This document shows positions 53,659-62,683 of a stretch of 64,000 nucleotides of DNA, piece by piece. A program made the translations under genes and the position numbers. Below the pieces are notes generated by a model. That model searched no databases. It was given only the letters and a program-made list of their open reading frames with translations, and was not told the DNA's origin. The first letter of the stretch is position 1, and each line of letters begins with the position of its first letter. Source of the stretch: a virus; the IMG/VR virus record IMGVR_UViG_3300020185_000022. One strand, given 5' to 3'.

Positions 53659-55066
53659 CTTAATTGAGAAAGAAAACCAGATAAAGCTCCTTTTTGGAAA
53701 TTCTTATGAAATTGGAGGGCTCGCTATTTCTATTTCTAAAAATGTCAAAGGACCTGGGGGCATTTCTAGTAATGTTTCAAGCGCAGCTAGATTTGTAAGA
53801 TCTTTTTTGAAAGATTTTACTGGAGATGATATCTCTCATTCTAGTATTGAGGATAGACTGGATAAGCATCCTTCTTTGACTCAGAGCATACGACATTTTT
53901 CTAGCGCAGGAAGAACTTTTGTTTCTATGTCTTCTTATATAGATTCTTGTAGACTATGTCTAGATAGACGTCCTTACAGCACAACAGAGAAATGGGTTAA
54001 TTCTCTTATGAATGAGCTAGCAATGATTGTTAATCTTGACAGTACTGCAATAACTTGGAACGGTGGTTCATTAAAAGAAACTGCTAGAGAGTCTTTAGTG
54101 AATACGCTAATAGATAAAACGTCTGGAGCTACAGAAGGGAAAGAAACTATTTCAGAAGTAGTTGATTTTCCTAAATTGGAGAAACTTAGAGAAACGTATC
54201 ACAAAGCTCACAAGAGCGATACGAAAGAACTAAGTGGATTATTCATTCCTAGTGAGTCAAAAGATTTTCATATTGACCCAGACACGTCAAATATACTAAG
54301 TTACTTAGTATGTGAAGCGCTTGAAGAAGGTAAGCCTAGCAATGTTATGCTTACAGGACCTCAAGGTTGTGGTAAAACTGAGCTTGCTATGCAGTTTGCA
54401 GCAAGGATGGGTCTACCCCTTTTGAAAATGAATTGCTCAATGGTACGAGAGCCTAGAGATTGGTTTGGTTATAAAACAGTGGAAGATGGTGAAATCAAAT
54501 GGGTGAAAGCTCAATTTGCAGAAGCCGTCAGCAAAGGAGACGTTGTCATCCTTCTTGACGAAATTAACAGAACGTCACCCCCTGTACTGAACTCTCTCTT
54601 CCCCCTGTTAGATGATACTGGATTTTCATTTATTGAAGAAACTAAAGACACTCTTGAAAGAGCGCCTAGAACTTTCTTCTTTGCTACTGCCAACATTGGT
54701 AAGCAGTTTAGTGGAACATTTGGTAATCTTGATGATGCATTGAATGACAGATTCTCTGTTAGACTTGAAGTCGACTTTCTCTCTGAAACAGAAGAAGTTA
54801 AGGTCGTTGGAAAACGAACTGGACTAGCTAGTGCTGACAGTAAGAAGCTAGTACGTGTCGCTAAGAAAGTTCGAGAAGCTGCCGCTAAAGGCACCATTAA
54901 GAATTTCATCAGTACAAGGACCGTAATCAAAACAGCTGCCTTATATAAGTCTATGGGGACTAGTTGCTTTGAATACACTCTGTTACCTCTTTTCGATAAG
55001 AAAGGTGGAGCTGAGTCTGACAGGACTCAAGTTAAGCAGATCATCCAAAGTCAATTTCCATCCTGA
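53645..55066 (+). CDS. AAA+ ATPase, AAA_5 class (CobS/NorQ/CbbQ-like)
   Basis: Walker A VMLTGPQGCGKTE, Walker B VVILLDEINRTSPPVLNSLFPLLDD, then FFATANIG and ALNDRFSV. Confidence 0.75.
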   Translation: MNKNNLIEKENQIKLLFGNSYEIGGLAISISKNVKGPGGISSNVSSAARFVRSFLKDFTGDDISHSSIEDRLDKHPSLTQSIRHFSSAGRTFVSMSSYIDSCRLCLDRRPYSTTEKWVNSLMNELAMIVNLDSTAITWNGGSLKETARESLVNTLIDKTSGATEGKETISEVVDFPKLEKLRETYHKAHKSDTKELSGLFIPSESKDFHIDPDTSNILSYLVCEALEEGKPSNVMLTGPQGCGKTELAMQFAARMGLPLLKMNCSMVREPRDWFGYKTVEDGEIKWVKAQFAEAVSKGDVVILLDEINRTSPPVLNSLFPLLDDTGFSFIEETKDTLERAPRTFFFATANIGKQFSGTFGNLDDALNDRFSVRLEVDFLSETEEVKVVGKRTGLASADSKKLVRVAKKVREAAAKGTIKNFISTRTVIKTAALYKSMGTSCFEYTLLPLFDKKGGAESDRTQVKQIIQSQFPS

Positions 55067-57444
55067 TGAGAAAGAATTGGTGGGATAAGTACGCTATAGA
55101 AGAAGATGAAGAATTTAATGATGACGTTATAGGAAAGGACAAGGAAGCTAAGAAAAGTGATGTTGAATCCAACAGCCATCTTAGTCACTTGGACGATGAC
55201 GATGACGATCATTATAAGTCTTCATATAGAAGCTCTAGTCGATATAGATCCTCGTATTCGAGATCTTCTGGATATGGTAGGGGGCTAGTCTCCTACAAAT
55301 CTAAGAAAAAGACTAATAAATGGTCTGGTAGTAGTTTTTGGTATGGAGAGGGCGGTTCGTCCTCTTCGTACTATTCTTATAGCAGTGTCAAAGATAAAGG
55401 AGATTCTAAAGATGTTCTTAAAAATGTTGACAATACTATAGCTACTATGAAGAGCATCGTTAAAGACATGTCTAGGATGCTAAGTACTTATGACGGTAGT
55501 CTGCAACTCAAGATTGTAGATCACAAGATTAATGACTTTGTGCCTTATCATGTTACATCTGACGATGGCTCTTACGTACCTGTAGATCCTGAAAGAATGC
55601 ATAAAAATTCTTCAGGATTTTCAGATTTATCATATGTACAAGAATTAGATTTTTACATTGGGCAAGTTTTATTGTCTGGTGGAATAAAGAAATTCTTGGA
55701 ACAAGAGGATTCTAGTATTCTAGAATTTATGGTAAAGACACAAGAAACTCCAGCACAAGGACGTTCAGTTCGTGATGTAGGAATTTTAAACCTTATGTCA
55801 GCTAAGGCTGCTAACTTTACTAAGCAGTATTTGAAAGAGGAGTATCCTGGATTCTTAAACTACTTAGAGTACAGACAGTCTTTGATTTTTTCAGAAGAAT
55901 TAGTTCAGATGTTATCTACTGAGCTTTATAATTCTGGTCAGACAGGTTCAGACTTTAATAAAGAACAACAAGCATTTTTGTTTACTACTTTATTAGCTGC
56001 AGAGATACACTCTATGAGGTCTGGTCTAGATTTAGAGATAGGTTCTGCGACTATGCTGAATTCTAGACTTGGCGAAAGTAACCTATCTTACTCAGATCTT
56101 ATGAACGAAGCTCGAGATATTCTAAGCGAAGGTGGTCCAAAAATGACTCAGAATCTTTCTGACTTTATGGACATTCATTGGCCTGAGAGTAAAGACCAGA
56201 TGAATCAACAAGCTCAAGCTAAATGTAATGCAGATGTATCTAACGATTCTGATGGTCAGTCTAACCTTCCTATTAAAGGAGATGAAACCTTATCTGAAAA
56301 GATAGTTGGAGAAGGAGAAGGGCAAGAAAGTGAACTTGGAGACAAGGTTCCTGAAGCTACTACTTCTATAATGTCTGATTTGATGAAGGGAGTTCCTATT
56401 GAAGAAGTTATGAGTAAAAAGTATCACTTAACTGTTTCTGGGAATATTAAACCTTATTTCTTTGAGTCTTGTGAAGCATTAGAACGTGGATTACCCATGA
56501 CTGGAGTTAAGGTTGATACAAGCCATTATTGTCTTAGATATGGCAAAAGACTTAATAGTATTCATGATGGAACTTTACATTATTCTGAGATAGTTAGTAC
56601 AGAAAAGAGCTTAATTTCTCAATTAGAAGATGAGCTAGATTTTTCTAGGGATAAAAACAGATTTGTTGATGTCCATGGAATGAGATCTGGTGACTTGGAC
56701 GAAGGGAGTTTTCATAAGTTAATTTCTGGAACTAACGAAGATACCATCTTTTCTCAGAGGGAACTTTTTGAAGTTCCTAATGTGGAGTTTTCTATTATTG
56801 TAGACCAGTCTGGTAGTATGTGTGGAGAAGGAGAAGAATTAGCTCGTAAAGTCGCAGTGTGTATGGCTGAGGCTGTGTTAGCTAATTCAGGTGTTGAACT
56901 TAATGTGTTTGGCTTTACTGCTGATCATATTAGTGAAATACGTAAGCCTGAATTTAGTGATTGGGATAACATGGACGATTACAAGACTTCTTCTGAGACT
57001 TGGAAAATTTTCTCTAGCACTACTGATCCTGAAGTTAAGAAAAATCTTCTTGGAAACATTTGTGCTCTTGGAGGTAATTATGATTCTTATTCTATTAAAG
57101 GTGTGGGCGAATACTTAAAGTATTTACATCCTACTGAAGCTAGGAGAAGAATAGTACTAGTTATTTCTGATGGTTATCCATGTGAGTCTCAGTTAGAAGG
57201 TAGAAGTTCCTTACATCAAGTAGGAGACAAGGTTAATTACTTGAGAGATGATTTAGGTTTTGACGTCTATGGTATTTGCATATTTGGTGGATGGGGAGAC
57301 GATGCTGGTGAAACGATGTATGGCAAAGGAAACTTTGTGACATTAGATTATAAGCAGTCTAGTTCTCAAAAATTAGGTATGGTACTGTCTAAAATAGTCA
57401 GTAAGATTATAGAAGACGAATCTAAGTACGCTGATTTGAATTAG
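55066..57444 (+). CDS. vWA domain protein (CobT/NorD-like partner) with an N-terminal acidic plus Ser/Tyr/Arg low-complexity region
   Basis: MIDAS motif SIIVDQSGSMCGEG, later VISDGYP. There is a TGATG overlap with the ATPase gene. Residues 43-106 read DDDDDDHYKSSYRSSSRYRSSYSRSSGYGRG...GGSSSSYYSYSS. Confidence 0.7.
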   Translation: MRKNWWDKYAIEEDEEFNDDVIGKDKEAKKSDVESNSHLSHLDDDDDDHYKSSYRSSSRYRSSYSRSSGYGRGLVSYKSKKKTNKWSGSSFWYGEGGSSSSYYSYSSVKDKGDSKDVLKNVDNTIATMKSIVKDMSRMLSTYDGSLQLKIVDHKINDFVPYHVTSDDGSYVPVDPERMHKNSSGFSDLSYVQELDFYIGQVLLSGGIKKFLEQEDSSILEFMVKTQETPAQGRSVRDVGILNLMSAKAANFTKQYLKEEYPGFLNYLEYRQSLIFSEELVQMLSTELYNSGQTGSDFNKEQQAFLFTTLLAAEIHSMRSGLDLEIGSATMLNSRLGESNLSYSDLMNEARDILSEGGPKMTQNLSDFMDIHWPESKDQMNQQAQAKCNADVSNDSDGQSNLPIKGDETLSEKIVGEGEGQESELGDKVPEATTSIMSDLMKGVPIEEVMSKKYHLTVSGNIKPYFFESCEALERGLPMTGVKVDTSHYCLRYGKRLNSIHDGTLHYSEIVSTEKSLISQLEDELDFSRDKNRFVDVHGMRSGDLDEGSFHKLISGTNEDTIFSQRELFEVPNVEFSIIVDQSGSMCGEGEELARKVAVCMAEAVLANSGVELNVFGFTADHISEIRKPEFSDWDNMDDYKTSSETWKIFSSTTDPEVKKNLLGNICALGGNYDSYSIKGVGEYLKYLHPTEARRRIVLVISDGYPCESQLEGRSSLHQVGDKVNYLRDDLGFDVYGICIFGGWGDDAGETMYGKGNFVTLDYKQSSSQKLGMVLSKIVSKIIEDESKYADLN

Positions 57445-57450
57445 TAATGT

Positions 57451-57479
57451 GGGAGGGAGGAAACTCTCTCCCTTTTTTA
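57451..57479 (+). terminator. Intrinsic terminator with a GAAA tetraloop
   Basis: GGGAGGGAG-gaaa-CTCTCTCCC followed by TTTTTTAT. Confidence 0.75.
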
Positions 57480-57487
57480 TTTTCACT

Positions 57488-58171
57488 ATGAAAGAATTAA
57501 AAGAAAAAGAAGAAGGATATAGTGTATCTGATACACTAGGATTATTTAACTCTGCATTTAGATTTATGGTAAATGTAGGCTCAACTCCAGAAGGATTAGA
57601 AGTAATAATGGGCAGTAACCTTGCTCATAAAGCTGCTAGGCAGTTGTATTATACTATTCCTGAATATGAAGTATCTGTTATGGATGCTTCGAGTCTAAAA
57701 AAACATAATAAGATTTTTAAAAAAGATATCACTTCTGATGTCATTTTGAAAAAAGGCAGCTTTTCTCTAATAACTTACAAAGGGGGCCTTAGTACGGATG
57801 ATATGGGAGGAGAAGATTTTTTAAAAGATAAATTTGGAGTAACTGACCAATCAATAGTTAAAGTTTCTTTAGATGCTGAGTACCATAATGGAGGCTTATT
57901 TGGAAAATACTCTAACTGTTTCTGGGAATTTAATGCTGCTATTGATTTAGTTAATTTGTCTGATGATCTAAAAGTCTGTGAGGAAAAATCTCTTACTCGT
58001 TTATCAGGCCAATTTGATGCAGAAGCTTATAGAGAATTACATTACTCTATGAATATTGGACTGCATGAAGACTACAAAGCAGATTTAATCTGTGGTAGAG
58101 ATAGACTCATACGATTCTACAAAGAATCTGAAAGGAGAAAAGTAGATAGTATGTTGAATATGAAGAATTAG
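57488..58171 (+). CDS. Hypothetical protein
   Basis: The track ORF starts at 57449 inside the terminator hairpin. I prefer the ATG at 57488 (MKELKEKEEG...). Confidence 0.5.
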   Translation: MKELKEKEEGYSVSDTLGLFNSAFRFMVNVGSTPEGLEVIMGSNLAHKAARQLYYTIPEYEVSVMDASSLKKHNKIFKKDITSDVILKKGSFSLITYKGGLSTDDMGGEDFLKDKFGVTDQSIVKVSLDAEYHNGGLFGKYSNCFWEFNAAIDLVNLSDDLKVCEEKSLTRLSGQFDAEAYRELHYSMNIGLHEDYKADLICGRDRLIRFYKESERRKVDSMLNMKN

Positions 58172-61100
58172 TCTTCTTCCATCCAATAAGGGATTTGTCT
58201 TATACCAGGTCCAAAGGAGAGAACTTCTTCTAATGGTGTGGCATCTTCCATTAGTTGTTCATCCATAGTAATAACTCCAGCTGCTTGTTTGGATGTTTCT
58301 GCTAATGTACTCCATATATTTTCAAAAAGGCCTACAGCAGGTATAGGTGACCTTACTAGGTCAGTAAATGAAGCAGGGTTATGATAGAAAGATATTTCAT
58401 CGTATGCCCTATTTAGATGCGTAAGCAGCTTGGCTTTGACGTATTTCTCTTCTGGAGAATCATCATCGTCAGGCTGCACCATCGTAAGAACTCCTATAAC
58501 AAAGGTTAAAGATATCCTTAGCTCTGAGATAGTGGCTTTGATGTTTTCGATATGCAGTTCTACGAATTCGTCTTCAGACATCTCACTTGCTAATGAAGGA
58601 TTCTTTTCAATAGCTTGCATATAAAGTTCTTTACCTCTTGCTTCAGCATTAGAGCCTAGTCCTGTGACTAGGTAAGCTAAGTTTCTAGGAATAGTTTTGA
58701 AAGTCAGTTGTTTCCACATAGAGCTGTAACGTCCTTTCTCCCAAGTTTTTAAATCTTGATTATATGTAAGACCTCCAAAACGTTCTTGAGCTGTCCTTGG
58801 AATCCAAGATCTAAAATGTCCTAAGATTTTACCAAATAAGAATAGCTTATATCTAGAAGTTTCTTGTCTGGAACTGAGTCCTAAAATTCGTTCTGCTAGA
58901 GCATGAGTCATAGCTCTCATCTCCATATAGGCCGTAGACTTTCTAGGCATTAGGTCTTCTATGGTCTTTCCCTCATTAAGCATGTCTATAATAGACTTGC
59001 CCTCGCCTTTTAGTTTTACTACTTGGCCGTTATCATTAATAGTATGAGATTGCATTAAAGACAGCTGAATAGTCGACTGTATTGCTTCATCTCCTTTGTG
59101 CTGACCTAAGAACCAATGATTGTTTTTTAAGTTACGTACTCCTCCTGTAGCTGATAAGTTTTTAATCCTATCTTCTAGGAACTGCTCTCCTACTATATCA
59201 AGGTGCTTAAGCGCCTCTCCTGCTACTTTCGAATTTGAAGTCAGCATACGAACAGAGTTAAATAAATGCTTTTTATTGAAGAATCTACCTCTGGAACCTT
59301 GTATGAATAGATTCATTCCTCCCCCCATAAAGTTAGCAATAATCGACACAGTGTTGAACGACAACGTATAGATACTAAACATTCTCATTCCTTGCGAGAC
59401 AGCCCTGTCTACAGAGAATTCTTTATCTATTTCATCATATACGTAGTCCCCTGTTTTAGGGTCCACAACATATTTCCCATCTTTATCTTTACGACGAATT
59501 TTAGCTTTCTTAGAGAAAGTAAATTCTTTTCCTTTACGAGTTATTCCGTACAGTTCTGCATTCACAAAATCATCAAATACCTCAAGGGTGTCTGCTGATG
59601 TAAGCTTCTTTAAGAAGGTATTACTTAAGCTCTTCATGACTGGGGCACCGTCAGACTTAGTCTGTATCTGCTTACTGTCAGCTAGAGTTCTACGTAACAT
59701 TTTGACTGAGTTGTCAATGTTATTCATGTTCTCGTAGTTGTATGCCATACGTCCGTACATAGCCAGTACTTTACCTAAGTCATATGATTTACGTTCTGCT
59801 GTTTCTACTTGTCTAGTAGTATAGTCAGGTGAAGTAGATAAATCATAAGAATAAAACAACGGCACAGTATGCTTAGGGTTTCCATCCACGTCTAAATGAT
59901 TCTCTCCTGCTCTTGAATTATAAGTGATTTTGTCCATTACACTGTAGGACATGTTTGATCTGTTAATATCAGAGAAACTAGTACCTTCAAAGATGCTCTC
60001 TACTAAATTCTTTTCTATATTAGGAATAGAGTACTCACGCATATTGACTGGTAGGTCTTTGGTAAGCTCTTTCATTTTTCCAGTAAAGAACTTATAGAAC
60101 TCTAGTGCTGGAGCATTCTCAGATAAATTGAGAGTATTGTATCCTTCTGAGCTCCATTCTTCCTTAGGACTTAAGAATCTGTTTTTCTTATTAAGTAGAG
60201 CTCTAGGATTAGATTTTCCTGCCAATACAGGCTTATGAGTTGCCTCGAATTCTGCTATTTTCTTATTCTGAATAGCAGTGTTGGCTTTAGTATCTGAGCT
60301 ATACGTGTAGTTCTTGATGATTTTCTTGACTTCTTCGAACCTAGCTGTATAACTTGCTTCATCAAATACTGTATTATCAGCTACCCATGTATAGTTTTTA
60401 CTAGCCAGAGCAGCATCTCTTTTAGTAAAGTATTCAGGATTCCAACGTCTGAGTAATCTACCTGTACGTCGTCCAGACTCTTTGTCAAGCAAGATATCAA
60501 ACATATCTATGCCTGATAATCCTCGAGCTTTGGCCCATTCCTTAAGAGGCTTCATCTTGTCCTCTATTTCCACCATTAAATTTTCTGTACGAAACTTAGT
60601 GTCCTCTTTGGACTTTCTAATAAGCTTGTACAATATCTGCATCATTTTGTTCTGCATCTGAGAGAGCTGTCCAAAGTTCTTTTGCCAGAATCCCATCTCT
60701 TTATATTCGAAGAGTTCAGCTTCGCTACTGCTCTCGACTTGGTTTTCTGAAGCAAGAGTAACTGCCACTTTCTTTCTGAGTCCTTCTAGTTTATTAGAAA
60801 GGTTAAGTGCTTCTTTTTGCACTACGTCAATGTCTTTAAGATCTTTCTCAGATAACAATTTAGCACTCTCATCAAATGCAAGATTCTGAAGTGATTGGTA
60901 GAACTTAACTAAATCTTGTGATTCTTGAATTTCTTCAACTGTTGAGTTGATATTATCTAAACTGAAATCTGAATCTAATAAATCTTTTACTCTCTTTAAG
61001 TCTGCTTTAGCTTGGTCAAGCAAATCAGCTAGAGATTTTTTGTTTCTAATAGTTCTAATAGATTTGGCAATCTGTTTGATTCTTTCATTTCTACTAGAGA

Positions 61101-62682
61101 CATCATCAGAGTCTTTGTTCTTAGAGATACTATCTTGAATAGTCTGGAGCTCTTCTAGTAAATCATCAAGTACTTCGTTGCCTGTAGTTTCGCTACTGAT
61201 AGGTACTGGGTCCAAGTATTCTTTGTCTGCTGCAGCAACTACTTCTCCTGACTCTTTTCTAGAGTAAGACCCCATAGCTACTCCCTTAAGTCTCCAATCT
61301 TTAATCTGGTCGTTCTCATCTTTAATGATGTCCATATTAAGCTGAATAGGAATAACTCTGACTTTTCCAAAGTTAGCTTCTCCTAATTGTTTGGTAATCA
61401 GTTGCTTGTATCCTTCTAGCTGAGCTTCGTAGTTTTTCTGCTTGAAATAAGGCAAAGTACCTGCGTCTTTAGTAGACTGAGATATGTCTTGTGCTTTCCA
61501 GTCAAAGATCTCTATTTGTCCATTTGGAAGTACAGCCACTAAATCGACACTTCCTGCTTCTTTAGTCACAGGGTCAAATACACGTAGTTCAGGAATAAAC
61601 TTAGTATTAGGAGGAAACTGTCGTATGAAATCTTTAGCGTATCTCTTTAGTCTATTATGAGTTGGTAGTCCTATTTGTTTAATATCAGCATCATAACTAA
61701 CACTGTTATCTCCATTGAACTCTACTTTAATAATATTCTCTAGAGCTTGGTGAACATTAGTACCATGCTTAGATACTTTTTCTCCCTTTAATTTCTGAGT
61801 ATCAGTAAGTCTGCCTGCATCCACCTTACTGCCTCTATCAGACACTGTCTTGACAGACTTTACTTCGTTTCCGTCAGAATCTATGTAGTAGTAATCATGA
61901 ACTTCATGCGAATCATCTTCCTCTAGTCTTGTGTTGTTATGAGTCCTTAAAAGGCTATCTTCCACCCATTTTTGATCAGCGAAGTACTTATATCCTTTAT
62001 AATCACCCTCACGAGCTATTTTAAGCGTCTCTAGAAGACTTTCATCAGTGATGTGGTCTTCCAGGTCATATGCTAATTTTGAAGCGTTTATTTGGCCTAA
62101 TTTTGAGAAGCCCTCTTTTTTAACTGAGTTCCATGCATTAGCAATAAGTCTCTGTCTTGACTCGTCAGGATAGCGCAGACCTTCCAGAGCTTGTTGTTTA
62201 AATAACTCAGCTGCATAGAAGTATTTACGTTGAGGTGAAGGCATTTCAGGCTGAAATTCTTCGTATCCATTTAGCTTCTCTATGTTTTTAATTAAAGAAC
62301 TAAGAACTGGATTACCTTTAGCAGCCATGGTGACTAGTCTTATAGCATTGCTAGGCAGTTTCTTAGATGGGTCTTTGGTGTAATCTAAGAGAGAGAATAA
62401 GTCTTTTACTTTGTTTTCGCCTTCTACTAATTCAGAGAATTCGCCATCAATCTTTCTCTTTTCTAGTTCTATAGATACAGTACGTCCTACATCAAATGCA
62501 GGAGCTTTGTCTACCTCTGTGCTGTCCGCACTAGGACCTTCTTCTTCAGGTTCAGTATAGATAGGAATCTCTTGTGCATTTCTATAAAAGATTTGCATAG
62601 CGAGGTCTTCGCCATATTTATCTTCTAGGGCTTTATAAGCACTATAGTGTGGATCTGAAGGTGATGGACAGGCTAATGGCAT
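58168..62682 (-). CDS. Giant (1,504 aa) protein with an embedded RecB-like PD-(D/E)xK nuclease domain and a C-terminal hydrophobic region; possibly virion-internal/ejection protein (guess)
   Basis: Residues about 262-430 read HDYYYIDSDGNEVKSVKTVSD ... HGTNVHQALE ... GSVDLVAVLPNGQIEIFDWKA ... YEAQLEGY. A coiled-coil middle follows, with a hydrophobic segment FSIYTLSFNTVSIIANFMGGGMNLFIQG. Confidence 0.6.
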   Translation of the reverse strand: MPLACPSPSDPHYSAYKALEDKYGEDLAMQIFYRNAQEIPIYTEPEEEGPSADSTEVDKAPAFDVGRTVSIELEKRKIDGEFSELVEGENKVKDLFSLLDYTKDPSKKLPSNAIRLVTMAAKGNPVLSSLIKNIEKLNGYEEFQPEMPSPQRKYFYAAELFKQQALEGLRYPDESRQRLIANAWNSVKKEGFSKLGQINASKLAYDLEDHITDESLLETLKIAREGDYKGYKYFADQKWVEDSLLRTHNNTRLEEDDSHEVHDYYYIDSDGNEVKSVKTVSDRGSKVDAGRLTDTQKLKGEKVSKHGTNVHQALENIIKVEFNGDNSVSYDADIKQIGLPTHNRLKRYAKDFIRQFPPNTKFIPELRVFDPVTKEAGSVDLVAVLPNGQIEIFDWKAQDISQSTKDAGTLPYFKQKNYEAQLEGYKQLITKQLGEANFGKVRVIPIQLNMDIIKDENDQIKDWRLKGVAMGSYSRKESGEVVAAADKEYLDPVPISSETTGNEVLDDLLEELQTIQDSISKNKDSDDVSSRNERIKQIAKSIRTIRNKKSLADLLDQAKADLKRVKDLLDSDFSLDNINSTVEEIQESQDLVKFYQSLQNLAFDESAKLLSEKDLKDIDVVQKEALNLSNKLEGLRKKVAVTLASENQVESSSEAELFEYKEMGFWQKNFGQLSQMQNKMMQILYKLIRKSKEDTKFRTENLMVEIEDKMKPLKEWAKARGLSGIDMFDILLDKESGRRTGRLLRRWNPEYFTKRDAALASKNYTWVADNTVFDEASYTARFEEVKKIIKNYTYSSDTKANTAIQNKKIAEFEATHKPVLAGKSNPRALLNKKNRFLSPKEEWSSEGYNTLNLSENAPALEFYKFFTGKMKELTKDLPVNMREYSIPNIEKNLVESIFEGTSFSDINRSNMSYSVMDKITYNSRAGENHLDVDGNPKHTVPLFYSYDLSTSPDYTTRQVETAERKSYDLGKVLAMYGRMAYNYENMNNIDNSVKMLRRTLADSKQIQTKSDGAPVMKSLSNTFLKKLTSADTLEVFDDFVNAELYGITRKGKEFTFSKKAKIRRKDKDGKYVVDPKTGDYVYDEIDKEFSVDRAVSQGMRMFSIYTLSFNTVSIIANFMGGGMNLFIQGSRGRFFNKKHLFNSVRMLTSNSKVAGEALKHLDIVGEQFLEDRIKNLSATGGVRNLKNNHWFLGQHKGDEAIQSTIQLSLMQSHTINDNGQVVKLKGEGKSIIDMLNEGKTIEDLMPRKSTAYMEMRAMTHALAERILGLSSRQETSRYKLFLFGKILGHFRSWIPRTAQERFGGLTYNQDLKTWEKGRYSSMWKQLTFKTIPRNLAYLVTGLGSNAEARGKELYMQAIEKNPSLASEMSEDEFVELHIENIKATISELRISLTFVIGVLTMVQPDDDDSPEEKYVKAKLLTHLNRAYDEISFYHNPASFTDLVRSPIPAVGLFENIWSTLAETSKQAAGVITMDEQLMEDATPLEEVLSFGPGIRQIPYWMEED

Positions 62683-62683
62683 A

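Noticed and set aside
61870-61890. The IDSDGN segment in the 1,504-aa protein as a DxDGD-type RNA polymerase metal site (crAss-like virion RNAP).
   Set aside because: It does not match DxDxD. It sits at the start of what reads as a RecB-like nuclease domain (Y..D..G....SV.T). No other RNAP-like motifs were recognised.
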